From an uncultured delta proteobacterium (lineage in GTDB: Bacteria > Desulfobacterota > RBG-13-43-22): a DNA stretch of 64,000 nt. The stretch is taken from the NCBI GenBank assembly GCA_963843145.1, contig CAWJJC010000022.1, positions 192,001 to 256,000 of the forward strand, written 5' to 3'. Made by a program: the position numbers and the translations under genes. A model generated the notes under the pieces. The model searched no databases. It was not told the origin of the DNA and saw only the letters and a program-made list of their open reading frames with translations. Below, piece by piece: positions 56,435 through 64,000 of the stretch. The first letter of the stretch is position 1; every line of letters starts with the position of its first letter.

Positions 56435-57037
56435 CTACGGAATACCTCCTGACCGCGTTTTATTCTCCAGCATCCGGCGGACCCCGCTAATTAGTTCATT
56501 GTAAAGGGATCCGGCATCGTACAAGTTATAGGTCTTAAATCGCACCAGACCGTCCACCAGGGCGAAAAGGATCAAGGCCGTTTTTCGGGCCGGCATCTCA
56601 GCGATCGAACCGTCCTCCTGACCCCGAATAATCGACCTTTCAAACAGTTCAATTAAGCAGTTATAAATCGCCTCCAGGTAGTCCCGGCAAAGCGGATTAT
56701 TCTCAGCTAACTCATAGGGGTAGCGGTGATGGAGGAGGTGAAACCGCTCTTCCTTCATGCCGGCCAGATAGAGATAAAAAGAGATTGCCCCTTCCACCAT
56801 CTCCAGGCCATTTTCGAATTGGGTCTCGGCCAGATATTGCTCAAAGCCCCCCAGCAGATCTTCTTTAATCCTTTCCAGGATCTGGAGGAATAACCCCTCC
56901 TTATTCTTAAAATGATAAAAGATCGTGCCCTCGGCCACCCCGGTCAGTTTACAAAGATCCTGGATGGAGGTTTCCTTGAAACCTTTTTCCGTGAAAAGTT
57001 TAGTGGCGGCCTGCATTATGGCTTCTTTTCTTTTCAT
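56435..57037 (-). CDS. TetR/AcrR family regulator
   Basis: IMQAATKLFTEKGFKETS..GVAEGTIFYHFKNKE. Confidence 0.93.
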   Translation of the reverse strand: MKRKEAIMQAATKLFTEKGFKETSIQDLCKLTGVAEGTIFYHFKNKEGLFLQILERIKEDLLGGFEQYLAETQFENGLEMVEGAISFYLYLAGMKEERFHLLHHRYPYELAENNPLCRDYLEAIYNCLIELFERSIIRGQEDGSIAEMPARKTALILFALVDGLVRFKTYNLYDAGSLYNELISGVRRMLENKTRSGGIP

Positions 57038-57057
57038 AAACTCTATTAAAGAAATTA

Positions 57058-57071
57058 ACTGAGTACTCAGT
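57058..57071. promoter_or_regulatory. Probable TetR operator
   Basis: Perfect 14-bp palindrome ACTGAGTACTCAGT between a minus-strand TTGACA (57099-57104) and the tetR start. Confidence 0.7.
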
Positions 57072-57401
57072 CAGTTTCTTATTATTTATCTTTTTTAATG
57101 TCAATAAAAATTTAGAAGAAAGGAGGAAGCAGTCGGGAGAAAAGGGTTGGGGAATGATCGAACCCACTCTTCGGAATTAGTATCCTAAGGAGCAGGCAGG
57201 GGGATGGGAATCTATTTCGGGTCGACCGATACTAAGGCCAGAAAGTCTAGGGCCGAGATATTTTTCCTAATTTTTCTTTCCAGAGGGAAAAAAGATAATG
57301 GATTTTTCGGAAGAAAGTTCTTACCGGTTGTCTGGGGTTGGTAATAATCGTATCCTCTTCTTGTTTATCCAGGATTTTTTCCATATTACTGCGATAGATT
57401 T

Positions 57402-57791
57402 TCATCGTTTTCCCTCCTTTTCCAAGGTTTGAGCCGCCTTCAGAATAACCTCTCGGATTTTTCCGATTCGAAACGGTTTGGCAATAAAATCAAAGGCCCC
57501 TTTGGCTATGGATTCGTGGGCCATATCCAAGGTGGCGTAGCCGGTGATCATGATCACCTTAGTGGCGGGAGACTTTTGAAGTACGTTTTCCAATACCTGC
57601 AGCCCGTCCAGTTCCTCCATGCGGATGTCGGTTACCACAATATCAAAATTTTTTTCCTCCAAACGGGCGACCGCCTCCTTCGGATCCGTATAAATCTCCA
57701 CCCGGTATCCTTCCTTGATTAGTGCGGGCTTGAGCCGTTGACCCACCAGCGGCTCATCGTCAAGAATTAGTAACTCCCAAGGCCTTCCCAT
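57402..57791 (-). CDS. Single-domain response regulator
   Basis: LILDDE, VTDIRM, ITGYA, IAKPF. Confidence 0.93.
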   Translation of the reverse strand: MGRPWELLILDDEPLVGQRLKPALIKEGYRVEIYTDPKEAVARLEEKNFDIVVTDIRMEELDGLQVLENVLQKSPATKVIMITGYATLDMAHESIAKGAFDFIAKPFRIGKIREVILKAAQTLEKEGKR

Positions 57792-57838
57792 CGCAGCTCC
57801 TTTGTCTCTTAACCTATTTTATCTTTATAGACTCAAAA

Positions 57839-57933
57839 TACAAGATAAGGGCCAAACATAAAAAGTCAATTAATTTAAGATTGTTAACCTTTAAAACCAA
57901 TTAGTCGCCAATAGCTTTGTTTCAAATTGAAAC
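57839..57933 (-). promoter_or_regulatory. Putative sigma54 promoter plus enhancer palindrome
   Basis: Minus strand TGGCCCTTATCTTGTA (57839-57854); TGTTTCAAATTGAAAC at 57918-57933. Confidence 0.5.
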
Positions 57934-58055
57934 TGCAAAAAACTGACCGAGCGATTGACTTTTATTCAAAACCCTGGTTGTTTGATTTGGAAAATACGGG
58001 AAAAAGAGTTGTCTGCCCGCCGACTGAAATTTGGAATTGTAAAAAAAGGATACCT

Positions 58056-59486
58056 CTAGACGCTGACCGCTCCCTCGGAAAAAGGAAGGTAAAGGGAAAA
58101 GGTGGTTCCCCGTCCTTCCGTACTTTGAACCTCGATCCGGCCTCCCTGGTTTTGGAGGATATTATAACTTACCGAAAGACCCAGGCCCGTCCCTCCTTTC
58201 TTAGTGGAGAAAAAAGGGTCAAAAATCCGGCCCAGGTTCTCGGCGGGAATGCCCGGTCCGGTGTCGACGATGTCGATTCGCGCTTCATTATTGACCCGAT
58301 CCAGGATAATACTCAACTTGCCGCCCCCGGGCATGGCTTGGATGCTGTTTAATAAGAGATTGACCAACACCTGCTGCAAGCCGCTTTTATCCAGGAGCAG
58401 TTTGGGGAACAACCATTTAATTTCTTTGTCTATTTTTATTCGATGGACCTTGAATTCGTTGTTCAGTAGGCGGATGGTTTTGTCGATCAGTTCTTCCAGG
58501 GAAACTTCCTCCCGTCGAGGATGATTGGCTCGGGAAAATTCCAGAAGATTTTTTACAATGTCACTGGCCCGGTCGGCCTGATCCAAGGCCTCTTGGTATA
58601 ATTGCAGCCGTTCTTCCGGTGATAGGGTTTGATTGTCTTCAGCCAGGGTTTCCAGGGTCAGAACAATGTTATTGATGGGATTGTTGATCTCGTGGGCGAT
58701 TCCCGAGGTCAGGGTGCCGACGGCGGCGATCTTTCGGGATTGCACCAGTTGCTCCTGGCGGCTTTCTAGTTCGGTCATCATCCGGTTGAGGGCTGCGGTC
58801 AGGCGGCAGATTTCGTTGTCGGTATTCCCCAGTAGCTGTGAAATCTTTCCGTGAAAAATGCCCTGGGCAATGGCCTCGGATTCCCGGGTAATCCGGGCCA
58901 GCGGACGGACGATTTTTTCCCCGATAAAAAAAACCACAAATCCCAGTAACAGGACCAGAACGACTAAATTAAGCATGGGAAAAGATATCATGCGCTGCAG
59001 GCGCTGATTGATTTCCCGGCGTTCACCGGCAATTAGTTGATCGGCCAGGACCAAGAGGTTCTGGCCGGTCCCCCGGATTTTTCCCTGGAGGGCTAGGTTC
59101 TCTTCTTTCTTCAGGGGATTCTTCCTCAACGCCTCCATCGAGGAGGAGTATTCTCCAGTATTCTTTATAAAACGATCGTAATTCTCCTTTCCCATGGACC
59201 GGATCAGGTTTTCCCTTTCTCGATTCAGGATCAGTCCCAGCCGGTTGGTATAGGTCAGGTTTTCTTCAAAGTCATATTCTTTCTGATAAAGGAAATAGTT
59301 TTTCTCGTAGCGCCGCATTTCCAGCAGGCTGCTGTTGAGTTCCTCGGCGATTTCAAAAAATTGCATGGAGCTGCTCAAACGGTAAAAATTACCGTAATTG
59401 ATGGCGATCATCAGGGCCATGAACAGGAAGCAGGCTGAAAAGGCCATGATGACCTGCCCCCGGATGGTCGAAGGAAATACTTTCAT
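58056..59486 (-). CDS. HAMP sensor histidine kinase
   Basis: LEMRRYEKNYFLY sensor; AHEINNPI, NLLLNS, DTGPG, FDPFFSTK, GTGLGL. Confidence 0.93.
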   Translation of the reverse strand: MKVFPSTIRGQVIMAFSACFLFMALMIAINYGNFYRLSSSMQFFEIAEELNSSLLEMRRYEKNYFLYQKEYDFEENLTYTNRLGLILNRERENLIRSMGKENYDRFIKNTGEYSSSMEALRKNPLKKEENLALQGKIRGTGQNLLVLADQLIAGERREINQRLQRMISFPMLNLVVLVLLLGFVVFFIGEKIVRPLARITRESEAIAQGIFHGKISQLLGNTDNEICRLTAALNRMMTELESRQEQLVQSRKIAAVGTLTSGIAHEINNPINNIVLTLETLAEDNQTLSPEERLQLYQEALDQADRASDIVKNLLEFSRANHPRREEVSLEELIDKTIRLLNNEFKVHRIKIDKEIKWLFPKLLLDKSGLQQVLVNLLLNSIQAMPGGGKLSIILDRVNNEARIDIVDTGPGIPAENLGRIFDPFFSTKKGGTGLGLSVSYNILQNQGGRIEVQSTEGRGTTFSLYLPFSEGAVSV

Positions 59487-61069
59487 CGGTCCGGGGTCCC
59501 TCCGGTTTTTTCCACTTTGGAACTTAATTCCGGAGCCGGGAAGGTGGTGACGGGTAGGAGGACGGTAAAGGTCGTGCCGACTCCCACTTGGCTGTCTGCC
59601 CGGATCTGCCCCCCGTGACGGGCAACAATTCCATGAGAAACCGAAAGCCCTAAGCCGGTCCCTTTCCCTTTCTTCTTGGTTGTAAAGAAGGGATCAAAGA
59701 CGTTGGGCAGGATATGTTCGGGTATCCCCGGACCATTGTCGGAGATTTTGACCGCCAAGAAATTAGGCCCCTCCTGGGCCACGGAAATTTGAATCCTTCC
59801 TCCTTTGGGAATGACGTCGATGGCGTTTAGAACAATATTTAAAAAAACCTGGGTCAATTGCTGGTGATCCCCGTGGATGCGCGGGAGTTGGGGCAGGACG
59901 CTGACCTCCAGGTGGGCCCCGGAAATCTTGATCTGGTTGCCCGCCAGCCGAACGGTTTCTTGGATGATCTGGCCCAAATCCAACGGTTCGATTTTGGATT
60001 CGCCCTCCCGGGCGAAATCCAGCAGGTTCCGGATGATCCCCTGGGACCGATCCGCCTGACTGATGAGATCCCGGATCATTTCCAGTCGCTCCTCGTCCGG
60101 TAGGTCGCCATAATCTTCTAAGAGGATATGGGCGGTCAGCGAAATGTTGTTGATGGGGTTGTTCAGCTCGTGGGCCACGCCGGCCGTCAAATTGCCTACG
60201 GCCCGGAGCTTATGAGACTGGACCAATACTTCCTGGCGGTGGCTGAGTTCTTTCAACATGCGATCCATGGCTAAGATCAAGGCGGAAAACTCATCTTTAT
60301 AGTGCCGGGTGGGAATTACGGGTTTGAAGTCTCCTTGGGAAATTCGTTGGGTGTAACCTAATATCTGTTTCAAGGGTCCTAAAATTTGCCTGGTTAAGAG
60401 ATGGGCCAAGTAACCCATCAATAAAAAAAGGAAAATCATGAAATAGATAGGAACCCGTTTGGCACTGGTAAACATTTCCTCGACCGATTGTCGCTCTTCC
60501 TGGACCAAATTGAAAGCCAAGGAAATCATCTCCCCCCCATGGATGCGGAGGTCCGATTCCAGTTGGTTGCGTTGTCCGGGGGGAGCCGATTCCCGTTTGC
60601 TGACGATCAATTGCAGATTTTCCAGGAGCGACCGGTAGGTCTCGGTATGGGAGAACAGGGTATCATAGGACTTCCTCCCGATGACCCCGGCGATTTTGAG
60701 GTGATTGGTGTCCAGAAAGGACAAGGCCGTATTTACGTGGTAGAGGGCATCGGCCAGATTGGTTCCGTAGAGGAAATAATTTTTTTCAAATCGACGCGCC
60801 TGTTGGATTTCAAAGGAGAAATTGTCGGCCACTTTTAAGAAATGAAGCTTGTCTTCCAGGCGATAGACGACATAAAGGGAGGCCAGCGTTATACCCAAGG
60901 CCATGACAAAGCAGATAAAAAAACCGAGGGTGATGCGGGTGCGAATACTTAAGTTGGGTTTTCCGGAAAAACCGCTTTCTGTGGCTTCGGCTTGGCTTTC
61001 GGAAGAAGCTTCGGGGAATAATGGCTTTGGATGATCCGTTTCTGAATTCGTCGGATTCACAGTCGGCAT
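59483..61069 (-). CDS. HAMP sensor histidine kinase (paralogue of neighbour)
   Basis: [13 protein letters not shown] sensor; [25 protein letters not shown]. Confidence 0.93.
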   Translation of the reverse strand: MPTVNPTNSETDHPKPLFPEASSESQAEATESGFSGKPNLSIRTRITLGFFICFVMALGITLASLYVVYRLEDKLHFLKVADNFSFEIQQARRFEKNYFLYGTNLADALYHVNTALSFLDTNHLKIAGVIGRKSYDTLFSHTETYRSLLENLQLIVSKRESAPPGQRNQLESDLRIHGGEMISLAFNLVQEERQSVEEMFTSAKRVPIYFMIFLFLLMGYLAHLLTRQILGPLKQILGYTQRISQGDFKPVIPTRHYKDEFSALILAMDRMLKELSHRQEVLVQSHKLRAVGNLTAGVAHELNNPINNISLTAHILLEDYGDLPDEERLEMIRDLISQADRSQGIIRNLLDFAREGESKIEPLDLGQIIQETVRLAGNQIKISGAHLEVSVLPQLPRIHGDHQQLTQVFLNIVLNAIDVIPKGGRIQISVAQEGPNFLAVKISDNGPGIPEHILPNVFDPFFTTKKKGKGTGLGLSVSHGIVARHGGQIRADSQVGVGTTFTVLLPVTTFPAPELSSKVEKTGGTPDR

Positions 61070-61257
61070 GAGGGTATTTCACATCGGTCGGTTGACTTTA
61101 AGGGCGTACCTTAACAGGCCAAATCAACGGCGGGCCGGCAGCGAGAATCAAAAAAAACCCCGGTATTGTTAGGTTCGCAAGCCAGGTCAATTAAATAATT
61201 GATTAATCAGTATTTTGCAGTTGTAAACCCTAATATTCCATTATATAAAATGAAATT

Positions 61258-62634
61258 ATGAAAAACAAGAATATTCCTCGACCGGAAAAATTACGCCTGG
61301 CCGTTATTGATGATGAGCCGATTGTCTGCCAAAGGCTTAAGCAGATTTTCAGAAAAATGCCTTTCGAGGTGGAGACCTTTACGGCGGCTGAACCAGCCCT
61401 GCAACGGATGGCGGTCAGGCCCTTTCACCTGGTCCTTTCGGACATTCGGCTGCCGGATCGGAATGGATTGGAGGTCCTGACGGAGATCAAGAAAAAATTT
61501 CCCGAAACCCAGGTCATTCTAATCACCGGCTACGCTACCCTGGATCAGGCGGTGGAGGCCGTAAAACAGGGGGCCTTTTATTACTTGGCTAAACCGTTTA
61601 CTCCCGATCAGGTTTTAACCATTGTGGAACAGGCGTTGGAACACCTCACCCGGTCGCATGAAAATCAACGGCTCCGTCAAGAACTCTCCAAAAGACCTCC
61701 GCTTAAGGGGATCGTGGGAATCAGTCCCCAGGTGAAAGAGCTGCTGCAGGCCATCGACAAGGTATCCAAGATTGATTGCAATGTGTTAATCCAGGGGGAA
61801 AGTGGAACCGGAAAAGAATTGGTGGCCCTTTCGATCCACCATCACAGCCAACGGCGGGAATATCCGTTTATCGATTTGAACTGCGGGGGGTTTTCGGAAG
61901 ACTTGATTGCCAATGAGCTGTTCGGGCACGAGAAAGGGGCCTTCACCGGGGCCGATTCCACCAAAATCGGCCTGATGGAGGCCGCCCAGGGCGGGACCCT
62001 CTTTCTGGATGAAATTGAGGAGATGCCCATCACCATGCAGGTAAAACTTCTCCGGGTGATCCAAGAAAGAAAAATATTTCGTTTGGGCGGGATCAAACCT
62101 ATCCCTTTGGATATCAGGATTATCAGCGCCACCAACCGGGAATTGGAAAAGGAGGTCAAAGAAGGTCGCTTTCGGGAAGATCTTTTTTATCGTCTGAAAG
62201 TGGTCTCCATTAAAGTGCCCCCCATGCGGGAACGCAAAGAAGATATCCCGGTTCTGCTGAATTATTTTATTGAACAATTTAATCAAGCCTATAAAAAAAA
62301 GGTCAGGGGTTTTTCCAGGGAAGCCCTGGAAATTCTCATGCGCTATTCCTTTCCCGGAAACGTGCGGGAATTGGAGAATATCGTAGCCAGTGCCTTAGCG
62401 CTGTCGGAGGGAGACCTCATCGGCCCGCTTGATCTTCCGGAAGACCTGAAGCAATTCGAAGTCGAGAGCCTGGGGGGAGAGCAGTGGCTTTCCTGGGAGG
62501 AACAGGAGAAGGCCCACATCCGGAGAATTCTGGAGAGCACTTCGTATAACAAACTGAAGGCGGCCGGTATATTAAAGATGTCCCGGACTACCTTATGGCG
62601 TAAGCTGATCAAGTACGGATTGATCGACCCATGA
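61258..62634 (+). CDS. NtrC-family sigma54-dependent response regulator
   Basis: Receiver, GESGTGKE, GAFTGA, FLDEI, FPGNVREL, Fis HTH SRTTLWRKL. Confidence 0.95.
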   Translation: MKNKNIPRPEKLRLAVIDDEPIVCQRLKQIFRKMPFEVETFTAAEPALQRMAVRPFHLVLSDIRLPDRNGLEVLTEIKKKFPETQVILITGYATLDQAVEAVKQGAFYYLAKPFTPDQVLTIVEQALEHLTRSHENQRLRQELSKRPPLKGIVGISPQVKELLQAIDKVSKIDCNVLIQGESGTGKELVALSIHHHSQRREYPFIDLNCGGFSEDLIANELFGHEKGAFTGADSTKIGLMEAAQGGTLFLDEIEEMPITMQVKLLRVIQERKIFRLGGIKPIPLDIRIISATNRELEKEVKEGRFREDLFYRLKVVSIKVPPMRERKEDIPVLLNYFIEQFNQAYKKKVRGFSREALEILMRYSFPGNVRELENIVASALALSEGDLIGPLDLPEDLKQFEVESLGGEQWLSWEEQEKAHIRRILESTSYNKLKAAGILKMSRTTLWRKLIKYGLIDP

Positions 62635-62650
62635 CGGGTTAGCCATTAGA

Positions 62651-62855
62651 TTTTCCAAAATGAAACATCGCCTGTCCGGCGAAATCATCACCTAACCTTT
62701 TAAATTTCTTTCCTTTTTAAATTTCCTCCGCCGGTTCTTCCAAAAAAGTCCGAAATCGAGTGTTTCAATATGAACCAATGGTTAGGGCCGGAAGGACTAT
62801 CTCTAATTTATCTGGTTGAATAGACAACTAATTTTACTGTGGTCCCGGATTTGCT
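62651..62855 (+). promoter_or_regulatory. Two enhancer-like palindromes and a sigma54 promoter
   Basis: TTTTCCAAAATGAAACA (62651), TGTTTCAATATGAACCA (62761), TGGTCCCGGATTTGCT (62840-62855). Confidence 0.7.
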
Positions 62856-62877
62856 TATCAAGGAACCGAGGCGAAAC

Positions 62878-63384
62878 ATGCACAAGCTTCTAATCCCCAT
62901 AGAAAATTTTTCAGGCCTGTCGTTATCGGCCACCTATTTCGCGATCGAGTTTGCTAAGCGGAATCCGGCTAAGCTCTTTTTTTTGATTTTTTCTAACTTT
63001 CCCCAGGAAGAGTCCGGTTCCGCGGCCGTCGAAAAAAAACGAAGTCTCCAACGAAAACAGTTTGAAGACCTGCTTCAACGAGCCAGGGCGGAAAAAATCA
63101 ACCTGGAAATTTTTTATTCGAAAGAACCTTTTTATGAGGGTACCAGCCAATTTTCTAAGGATCACGGCCTGACGGAAATAGTCATGGCCCTTCCTTCCGA
63201 AAGAGACCCGGCCTATCCTCGCTTAATGGAGCAGGTCGGCCAAATGCGAAATGATCTGGAGAGCCAACTCATCATCGTTAAACCAAAGGAGGAAAAGATT
63301 GTGACTTTAGAAGAAGTGAAGGCCGGAGGGGATTCGCCTCCAGCCCTGAAACCAAAGCCGCATCCAGGCAAGAAAGGATCGTGA
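62878..63384 (+). CDS. Universal-stress-protein-like hypothetical protein
   Basis: MHKLLIPIE...ATYFAIEFAKR..AKLFFL, ending LIIVKP; USP-like pattern. Confidence 0.55.
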   Translation: MHKLLIPIENFSGLSLSATYFAIEFAKRNPAKLFFLIFSNFPQEESGSAAVEKKRSLQRKQFEDLLQRARAEKINLEIFYSKEPFYEGTSQFSKDHGLTEIVMALPSERDPAYPRLMEQVGQMRNDLESQLIIVKPKEEKIVTLEEVKAGGDSPPALKPKPHPGKKGS

Positions 63385-63386
63385 TT

Positions 63387-64000
63387 ATGGCCCTGATCAT
63401 TATTTCGAGCACCTCAGCAGCCCTCCGCCGGGAAGTTTCCGAAAGTCTGGCCCGCAAACTGGGTTACGCCTGCTTGAGTCGTGAAAAATTGGTCGAAGAA
63501 GCCACGGCGGCGGGCATACCGGTGGGTAAACTGGAAATGTCGATTATCAAAAGACCGGCCCAGACCGAGCGGCAGGCCCGTTTAAAGGAACGCTACCTGG
63601 CCTTCATCTCCTCCGGGCTTTGTGAGCAGGCCGGGGACGGAAACCTGGTTTATCATGGCCGGGGAGGGCATCTTCTGCTGCCCAATGTCCCTCATATCTT
63701 TCGGATCCATCTGGTTCCCAACCAGGAGCAGGAGATCCACGCCAAGATGCAGCAACTGCGCCTGGACCACCCCAAGGCGGAAAAATACATCGAACAGGTC
63801 AACGAGGATATTGAGAAATGGGTCCATTTGATTCACGGTCAAGACATCCATGACCCCAAGCAATATGATCTTATTTTGAATTTGGAGAACATGAGTCTGG
63901 CCAACGCCAGCGCCGCTCTTTGCTCCATGGCGGAACTGCCTGATTTTCGCCCGACCCCGGCCTCCCTGAAGGCCATGGGTGATTATTGTCTGGCCGCAAG
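63387..64000 (+). CDS. Cytidylate-kinase-like family protein (3' end runs off window)
   Basis: Manual translation MALIIISSTS..LARKLGYACLSRE..VYHGRGGHLLL..FRIHLV..DPKQYDLILN. Confidence 0.85.
   Translation, partial: MALIIISSTSAALRREVSESLARKLGYACLSREKLVEEATAAGIPVGKLEMSIIKRPAQTERQARLKERYLAFISSGLCEQAGDGNLVYHGRGGHLLLPNVPHIFRIHLVPNQEQEIHAKMQQLRLDHPKAEKYIEQVNEDIEKWVHLIHGQDIHDPKQYDLILNLENMSLANASAALCSMAELPDFRPTPASLKAMGDYCLAA

Noticed and set aside
57247-57384. 45-aa minus-strand ORF MEKILDKQEED...
   Set aside because: No clear RBS or recognisable family
1-64000. CRISPR array, rRNA, tRNA, prophage or intact transposase
   Set aside because: No regularly spaced repeats or diagnostic sequences or ORFs seen

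Overview
Bacterial chromosomal segment, probably a sulfur-cycling Desulfobacterota (inferred from gene content). 1-16.3 kb: chemotaxis operon (cheA-mcp-cheW-cheR-cheD-HDOD-cheY), flbD-motAB, a REC-GAF-HD-GYP phosphodiesterase, vapBC and the fliC-flaG-fliD-fliS block, with recognisable sigma54, sigma28 and CsrA sites. 16.3-23.8 kb: an AT-richer flagellin glycosylation island (GT2-TPR genes, a probably frameshifted methyltransferase-GT fusion). Its 5' end has decayed into fragments (group II intron 3' remnant, rfbG remnant), followed by a second TA pair. 24-42.6 kb: housekeeping genes (mce, nifUS, manC, pmm/pgm, a frameshifted non-origin dnaA paralogue, M20 hydrolase, pdaD-speB-DHS-like polyamine cluster, xdhC, lipoproteins, dsbD, csp, lpdA, gcvH). 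42.7-64 kb holds the most unusual locus: a Tat-less, anchor-less PsrA/PhsA-like Mo-bisPGD enzyme with FeS and GltD/NfnB-like NAD(P)H subunits. It sits next to an insertion-bearing SulP, TetR, a multistep phosphorelay containing a pseudokinase and Cmk-like pseudo-kinase domains, and an NtrC-family activator. No rRNA, tRNA or CRISPR seen. All calls come from motif recognition by eye; no database searches were run.
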